Positions 18,944 to 26,207 of a stretch of DNA of 46,188 nucleotides are shown here, one piece after another (the stretch's first letter is position 1; each line of letters begins with the position of its first letter). The translations under genes were made by a program, and so were the position numbers. Origin of the DNA: Minisyncoccota bacterium (GTDB lineage: Bacteria; Patescibacteriota; Minisyncoccia; 2-02-FULL-40-12; GWA2-44-9); the NCBI GenBank assembly GCA_035524755.1, contig DATKOD010000006.1, positions 1-46,188 of the forward strand. Direction: 5' to 3'. The notes beneath the pieces are model-generated. The model was not told where the DNA came from. It searched no databases and saw only the letters and a program-made list of their open reading frames with translations.

Positions 18944-19873
18944 TTATTGTACCACAGGAATCTCGACGATGAACGTGCTGCCCTTGCCCGGGCCGGCGGA
19001 CTCGGCCCAGACACGACCCTTGTGCGCCAGGATGATGGTCCGGGCGATGTAGAGCCCGAGTCCGGTGCCGGCGATCTCCTTGGCGACGGATTGGTCGCGC
19101 GAGAACTGCTCGAACAGCCTGGGCAGGAGCTCGGCAGAGATGCCACGACCGGTGTCAGTAACCGCTACCCGTGCTTTGCCGTCGCCAAAATCCTTGACGG
19201 TGATGGTCACTGACCCTTGGTCCGTGTATTTGATGGCATTGTCGATGAGGTTCTGCAGCACCTGACGGAACCGGGTCACATCGATGTTCACGTTCCAGTG
19301 CCGGGTCATCGGCGCCAGTGTCAGTGCCAGATTCTTGTGGCGGGCGAGCTCCTGCATCTCGTCGGCCACGGCCGCGACGAGCTGTCCGAGGTCGGTCGTC
19401 TCGAAATGGTAGTCGAGATGCCCTTCCTCGATGCGTCGGAGGTCCAGGAACATGTTCACCAGGTCGATCATCCGGTCCGCCGACAGTTTTATCTTTTCCG
19501 CCACATCGCGAGCGGCCGTCGGGACGGTGCCGTAACTGCCGTCCATGATGAGCGTGGCGTATCCCTTGACGATGGTCATCGGCGCTTTGATCTGATGGGA
19601 TGCGAACGAGAGAAATTCGCTCTTGAGTTTGTCCAGTTGCGTCAGTTTGATGTTCGCGGTCTCCAACTGCATGGTCAACTCTTGGGTGCGGCGTCGTGCG
19701 GTGTTCGCGCGGATGGATTGCCGGATCCACGCGATTGAGAACAGGACCGATGCGCCGAACAGGATCCAGGGCGCATACGCTCCGAATACGATGCCGGGGG
19801 GTCCGAACGCCGCAACGCCCGCAGTGAAAATCAAAGCCAGCGATAGAAGGATGATGCCGAGGATTTGCGCCAT
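18944..19873 (-). CDS. Sensor histidine kinase with two N-terminal TM helices and no obvious sensor domain (309 aa)
   Basis: H-box SFASHQIKAP, N-box NLIDNAIKYT, G-boxes DTGRGI and GTGLGL. Start assigned to ATG 19873 because TACAAT lies 7 nt upstream. An in-frame ATG at 19882 overlaps that box. Confidence 0.85.
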   Translation of the reverse strand: MAQILGIILLSLALIFTAGVAAFGPPGIVFGAYAPWILFGASVLFSIAWIRQSIRANTARRRTQELTMQLETANIKLTQLDKLKSEFLSFASHQIKAPMTIVKGYATLIMDGSYGTVPTAARDVAEKIKLSADRMIDLVNMFLDLRRIEEGHLDYHFETTDLGQLVAAVADEMQELARHKNLALTLAPMTRHWNVNIDVTRFRQVLQNLIDNAIKYTDQGSVTITVKDFGDGKARVAVTDTGRGISAELLPRLFEQFSRDQSVAKEIAGTGLGLYIARTIILAHKGRVWAESAGPGKGSTFIVEIPVVQ

Positions 19874-19880
19874 TACCACC

Positions 19881-19909
19881 ATTGTACCGCGTGGCGGCGA
19901 TGCTACAAT
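19881..19909. promoter_or_regulatory. Back-to-back divergent -10 boxes in a 42-bp intergenic gap
   Basis: Minus strand: TACAAT (19886-19881), 7 nt, ATG 19873. Plus strand: TGcTACAAT (19901-19909), 6 nt, ATG 19916. Confidence 0.5.
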
Positions 19910-19915
19910 GCGGCT

Positions 19916-20638
19916 ATGCCGACCGGTCCCAACCAACATATTCCCGAAACCCAGCCCATCAGCGAAGTCATCAGACGCCCCGAACAATTCCGGAACGTCG
20001 ATGAGTTCAACGAAGACTATATCCGACGCATGGCCGCAGGCGCACGGACGCGGAAACGGGCGAGCCGCGATGGGACCGAGACCGATGCGTTGCGCGCGAT
20101 CGATGCGCAGGAATTCAAATACAAGACGGATTTCCAGGCGTTCTGGCGCGCTCAGGGCATGACCATCGATGAGGCGGCATCGAATGCCGCATGGTCAAAA
20201 GTCCGTGCGAAGGCCATCGACCGATATACGAAGATCGATGCCGTTCCCATGCCGCCCGCCGCGACAATGGAGCAGCCTCGGAAACCGGAGCAGAATCCGC
20301 CGGCGGAAACGACCCTGGATATCCTGGACGCGTCACGCTGGATGGAATGGGACAAGCGCACGTACAGCGAGGATGTCTTCTATCGATTCACCGCAGCATT
20401 CTTGCCCGAACTGTCGCGCGCGCTCCGGAAGCTTTCGACCGACATGCAGCGGCAGGCATATCAATTGGAGGCCATCAAGAAGCTCTACGAGCAGAAATTG
20501 TTCAGGATGTATCTGAACCAATATCCGGACCTTCCGTCGGATGACATCGATGCGACCCGACTAAACATCCAGTCGTGGCTGGACCAGCGGTGGGATGAGG
20601 CGCTTGCCCGTGCCCGCACGCTCCCGCCGATTTCTTGA
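19916..20638 (+). CDS. Hypothetical protein (240 aa)
   Basis: Open frame with plausible composition. No family recognised. Stop overlaps the rmuC start region. Confidence 0.5.
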   Translation: MPTGPNQHIPETQPISEVIRRPEQFRNVDEFNEDYIRRMAAGARTRKRASRDGTETDALRAIDAQEFKYKTDFQAFWRAQGMTIDEAASNAAWSKVRAKAIDRYTKIDAVPMPPAATMEQPRKPEQNPPAETTLDILDASRWMEWDKRTYSEDVFYRFTAAFLPELSRALRKLSTDMQRQAYQLEAIKKLYEQKLFRMYLNQYPDLPSDDIDATRLNIQSWLDQRWDEALARARTLPPIS

Positions 20639-20640
20639 AC

Positions 20641-21594
20641 ATGGAAATCTTCCTGATCGTCATCGGTGTGCTTCTAGCCGTCATCATCTTCCTACAGCTT
20701 CGTCCGAAGAATGAAGTGCTGGGGGTCCGGCTCGAGATGCTCGAAAAACAGATCGAGAACTCCCGGCGTTCGTCTGAACATGGGACGACATCGTTCATAT
20801 CCCAAGTGCAGAGTTTCACGCGCGGAATGACCGAACTGCAGGAGGCGGTCAAGAACGTCCAAGAGAAGGTTCGCGACGTCGCGTCCTTCCAGGATATCTT
20901 CAAATCGCCGAAACTGCGCGGGAACTGGGGCGAGTATTCGTTGGAGAACGCGCTCACGCAGTACTTCCCACGGGCGGCATGGGAGCTGCAGCATCCGTTC
21001 TCGTCCGGTGAGGTCGTGGATGCGGTGCTGAAACTTCCCGACGGGAAATTGGTTCCCATCGATTCGAAATTCAACTGGGAGAACTTCCAGAAAATGGCGG
21101 AGTCCGACAACGAACTCGCCCGTGATCAGTACCGAAAAACGTTCCTGAGCGATGTGAAAAAGAAAGTGGACGAAATCGCGAAGAAGTACGTCCTGCCAGG
21201 CGAGGGGACGACTGATTTCGGTTTGATGTACGTTCCGGCGGAGAGCATCTACTATGAGATCATCAACCAGGTCAAAGACGTCGATGTCGCGGATTACGCA
21301 CGCCGCTCGAAAGTCATCCTGTGCTCGCCCAATACGTTCTATCTGACGGTGAGCGCGATCCAGCACTGGTTCCATGACACGCAGTTCTCACAGCAGACGC
21401 AGGCAATCATGAAGAAGCTCGGCACCGTCATCACCGATGCCGGCAAACTGTCGGACGACTTCCGGAAATTGGGCGACCACCTCTCTGATGCCTCGTCGGC
21501 ATATGAGCGTAGTGAAAAGAAACTCGGCCAGCTCGTCGAACGTACGCAAAAGGTGATGGAGCTAGGGGAGGGGATCCCGGAAAAACTCGAATAA
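20641..21594 (+). CDS. rmuC: DNA recombination protein RmuC
   Basis: N-terminal TM helix, coiled coil, then LRGNWGEYSLENAL...VDAVLKLPDGKLVPIDSKF...YVLPGEGTTDFGLMYVPAESIYY, as in the RmuC family. 317 aa. Confidence 0.85.
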   Translation: MEIFLIVIGVLLAVIIFLQLRPKNEVLGVRLEMLEKQIENSRRSSEHGTTSFISQVQSFTRGMTELQEAVKNVQEKVRDVASFQDIFKSPKLRGNWGEYSLENALTQYFPRAAWELQHPFSSGEVVDAVLKLPDGKLVPIDSKFNWENFQKMAESDNELARDQYRKTFLSDVKKKVDEIAKKYVLPGEGTTDFGLMYVPAESIYYEIINQVKDVDVADYARRSKVILCSPNTFYLTVSAIQHWFHDTQFSQQTQAIMKKLGTVITDAGKLSDDFRKLGDHLSDASSAYERSEKKLGQLVERTQKVMELGEGIPEKLE

Positions 21595-21598
21595 AAAA

Positions 21599-21627
21599 GC
21601 GCCCGTATCCACGAGGGACACAGGCGC
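21599..21627 (-). terminator. Imperfect hairpin followed (on the minus strand) by T6: terminator of the 21635-22278 cassette
   Basis: gcgcccgtatcc-acgag-ggacacaggcgc, with aaaaaa at 21593-21598 on the plus strand. No T-run on the plus-strand side. Confidence 0.5.
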
Positions 21628-21634
21628 TCACCGA

Positions 21635-21868
21635 TCACGACTCTCTGAAGCGAAGCGGCTCAGGAACTCCCAGGGGCCGGATGTTGAGCCGAATGCCCAG
21701 CACTCCGTTTTCGCCGCGCGGGAATCCGGTGACGGTGACGACGTGGCGCGCGATGCCGCCGCACAGGAGCGCCCCATGAAGGGCCCAGGCTTCCGGCGTC
21801 AGGACGACGCCTTCGGCGAGCTTCACGCCCGGATGCAAGCGGAATTCCGTTCCCGTAGGGTCTTTCAC
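21635..21868 (-). CDS. Hypothetical small protein (77 aa), second gene of an overlapping pair
   Basis: GTG start (plus coordinates 21866-21868) preceded by AGGAGG at 5-nt spacing. It overlaps the upstream stop as GTGA. No family recognised. Confidence 0.5.
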   Translation of the reverse strand: MKDPTGTEFRLHPGVKLAEGVVLTPEAWALHGALLCGGIARHVVTVTGFPRGENGVLGIRLNIRPLGVPEPLRFRES

Positions 21869-22278
21869 AGCTTCCTCCTGAGATACGAGACCCGCGGCGC
21901 GCCGCAGGTCCACACACCGACCGCTGCCGGCGGATGCGGGATGTCCAGCGACTTCAGGAAGCGGCGGGCGTATTCGAGCTGCTCGGTGGCCTCGCGCTCC
22001 GTGAGCGCTAGGAGACCGAAGCCCACACGGAACGGCTGCTCGCCGATGAGCTGCTCGATGTTCACGATCGTCGGCATGACTCCGTCCGCGGCGTACTGCT
22101 GGAACTGGAAGAACGCGGGTCCGCCGCGCGGCAGGATGACCGGATCGCCGAGCTTGCGGAGCTTCCCGCCGGCAAGCACGCGGGCGAGGCCGTCCTCCGC
22201 CTTCCACCACCAGGAAATCTCGAATGAGCCGGCCTGATCACGGTCGAACCCGAGTCCTGCCCAGAATATGTTGTCCAC
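21865..22278 (-). CDS. Hypothetical protein (137 aa), first gene of an overlapping pair
   Basis: GTG start (22276-22278) preceded by GGAGGAG. The ORF-track extension to 22701 is antisense to the CBS gene and is rejected. No family recognised. Confidence 0.5.
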   Translation of the reverse strand: MDNIFWAGLGFDRDQAGSFEISWWWKAEDGLARVLAGGKLRKLGDPVILPRGGPAFFQFQQYAADGVMPTIVNIEQLIGEQPFRVGFGLLALTEREATEQLEYARRFLKSLDIPHPPAAVGVWTCGAPRVSYLRRKL

Positions 22279-22311
22279 GAACTCCTCCCGGCGGGATGGT
22301 ATACTGAAGCC

Positions 22312-23022
22312 ATGGCAGAGTCCATGGTTCCGAACATCAAGGTGGGGGACGTCATGACCAAGGATGTCTTGGCCATCGACGTGGATGACACGCTCGATGT
22401 CATCGCGGGTCTGTTCGACAAGTACGACTACGACGGCCTGCCTGTCATCGATAAGGAGCATAAACTCCGTGGCGTCATCACGGCGTACGACATGGTCCTG
22501 CAGTCTTCGGACGTCCACATTCCGACGCTCATCAAGCTCATGGAGCAGATCGCCCGAGAGAAGGGTGACCGGCGCGTCATCGACGCGTACTTCGCCAAGC
22601 TCAAGGACATCAAGGCGACCAGCATCATGAACACGAAGGTCATTTCCATCGCGCCCGAGGCGACCCTGGAAGATGCGGCCAAACTGTTCGCCGACCATCA
22701 TCGCGTCAATCCGCTCTGCGTCGTGGACGCCGCCGGTGTGCTCGTGGGGGTCATCTCGCGGTACGACGTCATCAAATTCTTCAACGAGGCGTATCTGCAG
22801 CAGGTGGTTTCGACGGCGTCTCCGGGAGCAGATCCGTTCAAGGAATTCCCCACCCGTTCCGATAAGGAAGTGGAGACGGCCATCCAGCAGATGGAGAACG
22901 AATTCCTCCTGGTCCAGAAGCGCCGCCCGCTCGTATGGAAATACATCGCCATCGCCGCGTTCGCCGCAGGCTTGGTCGCCGCGACCGCGCTCATCATCCG
23001 CATCGTCCAGAACCAGGGCTAG
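22312..23022 (+). CDS. CBS-pair domain protein with a C-terminal TM helix (236 aa)
   Basis: Two CBS repeats (VGDVMTKDVLAIDVD...GLPVIDKEHKLRGVIT; IMNTKVISIAP...PLCVVDAAGVLVGVISRYDV). C-terminal helix YIAIAAFAAGLVAATALII. TGgTATACT at 22297-22305 lies 6 nt before the ATG. Confidence 0.8.
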   Translation: MAESMVPNIKVGDVMTKDVLAIDVDDTLDVIAGLFDKYDYDGLPVIDKEHKLRGVITAYDMVLQSSDVHIPTLIKLMEQIAREKGDRRVIDAYFAKLKDIKATSIMNTKVISIAPEATLEDAAKLFADHHRVNPLCVVDAAGVLVGVISRYDVIKFFNEAYLQQVVSTASPGADPFKEFPTRSDKEVETAIQQMENEFLLVQKRRPLVWKYIAIAAFAAGLVAATALIIRIVQNQG

Positions 23023-23027
23023 GGAAG

Positions 23028-23057
23028 TTGACTAATAGCCAGTTTTAATGCTATAAT
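23028..23057 (+). promoter_or_regulatory. Near-consensus sigma70 promoter TTGACT-N18(TGc)-TATAAT in an AT-rich patch
   Basis: TTGACT at 23028-23033 and TATAAT at 23052-23057 with an extended -10 TG. A 62-nt leader ends in SD GAGGTGA. Confidence 0.65.
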
Positions 23058-23119
23058 AATGAATAGCAGCCTGATCGTTCACAAGCAGAGCTCCTTTCTC
23101 GGGGCGAATGAGGTGAATC

Positions 23120-24532
23120 ATGAAGATGTCGACTGCCGGGCCCCTGCGCACGCAGGTGGTGGAGTGCATCGCGACGCACTACGAACCCCACCCCGACGAA
23201 GCGATGGCCATCTGGATGGCCGCGCGGTTCGGGCGTGAGACGTTCCTGGGCATCCAACGGGCACTGCGGGAGGGCCGCGTGCTCTTCTGTGACGCCGGCC
23301 GCGACATGCCCACGCACCTCCCGTGCAAGCGGGAGCGCATCCTGGAGGTCGGTGTCGGCGGACGTGAGTTCGACGAGCATCGCGACGGTCAGACGGGCAA
23401 CGAGTGCGCGGCAACGCTGATGGCCGACCGGCTCGGCCGCGGCGACACGGCGTTGGAGAGGATGGTCCAGTGGACCCTCGCCAACGACCAGGATGCCGAG
23501 GGCACCGCCTTCGACTGGTCGGACATCATGAAGGCCGGGTTCCACGCCGGTGCCAGCAACATGGTCATGCTGAAGCGGTCCTTCCGAGTGTTCGATGCCG
23601 TGTACAACACGCTGTCGGGTACCGCGAAATACCGCGACATCACCGGCATGCGCGGTTACTGGCAGTTGGCCGTGGATTGGGTTCTCGGCCTTACCAAGAA
23701 CGATCTCCTGAGCAATCCGAAGTACCTCTTCTCCGGTCCGATCCACGCCGCACAAGCCATCGGACTGGCCGGCGACGAGTCCATCAGCTGGATTCTCAAC
23801 TATGAGACGGACGTCTTCGGCCTGGACGGCAAGCCACCCCGCGTGCCTGGCTTCATGGAGATCCCGAACATCGTAGACGCTCTGTTCCATGACGGCGCCT
23901 CCATCGGCGAGGTCACGTACTTCGTCCGCGAGATGCTCAACGCACGCCTCGCCGAGCAGCGGCTGTTCCTGAAGGCCGTCGACCAGTGGGCGTCCATCAT
24001 GGCGGCGAAGCACGGGACGCATCCCGACGGCGGGACGTTCACCGTCGAGGAGTCGGGAGTCACGTACCGCGTGGCGGTCGTCGTCTCCGACAACCGTCGT
24101 ATCGTGTCCGCTGTCCGGGCACATGGTCCCCGCCGGCCCCATGTCATCGTGCGGGTCCTACCCAGGACCGGTCACATCTCGCTCTTCGCCAACGGACTGG
24201 ACGTCACCCCCATCGTCGCGCGTCTGCGCGCCGCCTGCTGGGAGGTGATGGGCAACACGAGCCCTCTGCCGCCGGAGAAGCTGGCGCACGAGTGGACCAT
24301 CACCGAAGTTCCGCAGCTGTGCCACCAGAAGAAGGCCGGCAACATCCTGAACGGCTCGCTCACCGCACCGCACGTGGACGCGGTCCGTCTCAGCTTGAAG
24401 ACGTACATCACCATCATGAAGGCCGGGCTCCGTGAGGTCGCCCGCGCGGCGGCGCAGCACCGCAGGGACGCCAAGCGTAGGTCGGAGAAACGTCGCGACG
24501 AGCGTCGGTCCCAAGAAGTGCAGTTGCAGTAG
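23120..24532 (+). CDS. Uncharacterised 470-aa protein with an N-terminal DHH-superfamily (MYG1/UPF0160-like) motif set and a basic C-terminal tail
   Basis: THYEPHPDEAMA (aa 19-30), VGVGGREFDEH (aa 77-87) and ANDQDAEG resemble the metal-ligand motifs of MYG1-type phosphoesterases/nucleases. The rest is unrecognised. Tail: RRDAKRRSEKRRDERR. Has SD plus ATG and its own terminator. Confidence 0.6.
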   Translation: MKMSTAGPLRTQVVECIATHYEPHPDEAMAIWMAARFGRETFLGIQRALREGRVLFCDAGRDMPTHLPCKRERILEVGVGGREFDEHRDGQTGNECAATLMADRLGRGDTALERMVQWTLANDQDAEGTAFDWSDIMKAGFHAGASNMVMLKRSFRVFDAVYNTLSGTAKYRDITGMRGYWQLAVDWVLGLTKNDLLSNPKYLFSGPIHAAQAIGLAGDESISWILNYETDVFGLDGKPPRVPGFMEIPNIVDALFHDGASIGEVTYFVREMLNARLAEQRLFLKAVDQWASIMAAKHGTHPDGGTFTVEESGVTYRVAVVVSDNRRIVSAVRAHGPRRPHVIVRVLPRTGHISLFANGLDVTPIVARLRAACWEVMGNTSPLPPEKLAHEWTITEVPQLCHQKKAGNILNGSLTAPHVDAVRLSLKTYITIMKAGLREVARAAAQHRRDAKRRSEKRRDERRSQEVQLQ

Positions 24533-24537
24533 TGCCG

Positions 24538-24567
24538 GGCCCCGAGGACATCCTCGGGGCCTTTTTT
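24538..24567 (+). terminator. Rho-independent terminator
   Basis: ggccccgagg-acat-cctcggggcc followed by tttttt. Confidence 0.85.
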
Positions 24568-24635
24568 CGTACGTCTTGCCAACTCGGCTCCGACGGTCCA
24601 CCATAGGCCATTGATCTTTGAGTCCAGAGGTGGGC

Positions 24636-25589
24636 ATGACATTCACGTCGCAGCAATTGCGCGAGTTCGTGGAGGAGCAGCGCGTTGTCGACATCCCGTG
24701 GCGGTGCGTGCGGCGCTTCAAGGGACAGCCGCGGACGTACTTCGACCCGAGGAAGCTCCGTGAACTCCAGGAGTCCATCGCGGAGAAGGGGCAGGAGACG
24801 GTCGGGAAGGTGCGTGTGCTCTGGAGCGGCACGGAGCAGCAGTTCGAGCTCATCGACGGCGAACGGCGCCTCAAGGTGTGCTCGCTGTTGGACCGCCCGT
24901 TCCGTGCGCTCGTGGAGGACGCCCAGGACCCTGAGGAGCAGTACGAGAAGTCCGTGCGGGCAAACCTGAACCGCGCCGACCACACGCCGCTGGAGATCGC
25001 GCGTGCGGTGGAGAACATCAGGATGTCCAAGCGCATCACATCGCTTCCGACCGGCGTGCAGATCGATGCGACGGCGCGCGTGTTCTCGAAGTCGGCGTCG
25101 TGGGTGCAGTCGTACCTCAGCCTGGCACGGCTCGTGCCGGACCTGCGGCGGCTGCTCGAGCCGACGGTGAAGAAGAAGAACCGCATCCCGCTGGTCCTGG
25201 CGTTCCGGCTGTCGACGCTCCCGCGCGACGAGCAGCTCATCCAGTGGAAGCGCATCACGAGCCGGAAGCTGGGCCTGATCCATGCGCAACGGCTCATCGA
25301 CGGCGTCATCCTGAAGAAGGGTCTGCACAAGCACCGCCGGGGCCGCAAACCCGCCGACGAGTTCGCGCTCATCCGGCGGTTCTCCGACAAGGTGCAACAG
25401 GATGCGGGCGCCGTGCTGGACATGTCCGACGCGCACCTGGTCCGCGTGTTCACCAGCAGGACGGAACGCGACCGGCAGGCGTTGCTCCAGGACCTGGCGA
25501 TGGCGGCGCAGGCCGTCGACCGTGTCAGGCAGCGCCTGAAGCAGGCGGTGAAGGAAGTACGTGCTGCGGTCGCGACCGCGGTCGCCTAG
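24636..25589 (+). CDS. ParB/Srx-fold protein (ParB N-terminal CTP-binding-type domain plus HTH), orphan, 317 aa
   Basis: GQPRTYFDPRKLRELQESI, FELIDGERRLKV (GERR arginine patch), HTPLEIARAVENI and SASWVQSYLSLARL (HTH-like). SD GAGGTGG lies 2-3 nt before ATG 24636. The ORF-track start at 24618 is TTG. Confidence 0.75.
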   Translation: MTFTSQQLREFVEEQRVVDIPWRCVRRFKGQPRTYFDPRKLRELQESIAEKGQETVGKVRVLWSGTEQQFELIDGERRLKVCSLLDRPFRALVEDAQDPEEQYEKSVRANLNRADHTPLEIARAVENIRMSKRITSLPTGVQIDATARVFSKSASWVQSYLSLARLVPDLRRLLEPTVKKKNRIPLVLAFRLSTLPRDEQLIQWKRITSRKLGLIHAQRLIDGVILKKGLHKHRRGRKPADEFALIRRFSDKVQQDAGAVLDMSDAHLVRVFTSRTERDRQALLQDLAMAAQAVDRVRQRLKQAVKEVRAAVATAVA

Positions 25590-25594
25590 CTGAC

Positions 25595-25620
25595 CGTCCC
25601 GGGGAAACCCGGGACGTTTT
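25595..25620. terminator. Hairpin terminator shared by the ParB-like gene (+) and convergent pth (-)
   Basis: cgtcccggg-gaaa-cccgggacg followed by tttt. Confidence 0.8.
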
Positions 25621-25621
25621 C

Positions 25622-26143
25622 TTATGACTTCAGTGCCTGCAGAACGCGGACCTCGCAGGCTTTGAACACGTCTTTGAGCCCTTCGCGCTGCGACGGCGTG
25701 AACGTGTGGAGCACGAAGTCGCGCACGAACTCGTCACGTTTCTTATCGGACTGCTCGCGGGCTTTGTCGAGCGCCCGCACACCCGTGCCGATGCGCACAC
25801 GCCAGAACTTCTTGGTCTTCAGCGCCTTCATGATGGACTCCACGCCCTTGTGGCCGGCGGAATCCTTCTCGAACGACAGTTTGCAGTTGCCGAACGGGAT
25901 ATCCAGGTCATCGTGTACGACGATGACATCGGCAGGCTTGGCCTTCGCTTTCTTCATCGCCGGCAGGACCGCGTCGCCGGACTTGTTCACGTAAGTGTCC
26001 GGTTTGAGGTACTGCACGCGGATGCCGTCGATGTCTTTGTCGCCGTGCTTCTTGATGAGCCAGTCCAGGAACTGCCAGCCCACATTGTGGCGGGTCTGTG
26101 CGTACTCCGGGTCCGGATTGCCGATACCGACGATGAGTTTCAT
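25622..26143 (-). CDS. pth: Peptidyl-tRNA hydrolase
   Basis: MKLIVGIGNPDPEYAQTRHNVGW, YVNKSG, VVHDDLD, GHKGVESI. 173 aa from ATG 26143. TACACT lies 7 nt upstream on the minus strand. Confidence 0.9.
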   Translation of the reverse strand: MKLIVGIGNPDPEYAQTRHNVGWQFLDWLIKKHGDKDIDGIRVQYLKPDTYVNKSGDAVLPAMKKAKAKPADVIVVHDDLDIPFGNCKLSFEKDSAGHKGVESIMKALKTKKFWRVRIGTGVRALDKAREQSDKKRDEFVRDFVLHTFTPSQREGLKDVFKACEVRVLQALKS

Positions 26144-26207
26144 GCCATGGAGTGTAACGGAATGGAGGGGAGTTGAAAAGGTCAGAAAAGTGTGATAATC
26201 TGCACAA

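Noticed and set aside
21635-22701. Reading 21635-22278 as one frameshifted pseudogene, or accepting the 278-aa and 191-aa ORF-track models
   Set aside because: An AGGAGG-N5-GTG start sits exactly at the frame junction and overlaps the upstream TGA. The upstream part of the 278-aa model is antisense to the CBS gene. Two coupled genes is the simpler reading, but it stays unverified.
24533-24635. A parS-like palindrome near the ParB-like gene
   Set aside because: The flanks (23058-23119, 24568-24635, 25590-25621) contain only terminator hairpins. Nothing resembles TGTTNCACGTGAAACA or another long AT-containing palindrome.
23051-25453. Minus-strand ORFs of 363, 431 and 340 aa (23051..24142, 24158..25453, 24414..25436) across the DHH-like/ParB-like module
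   Set aside because: The plus-strand frames carry recognisable motifs (ParB GERR/HTH), SD sequences, a promoter and terminators. The minus frames are Arg/Pro/His-rich, run through the terminator hairpin at 24538-24567, and have no start signals.
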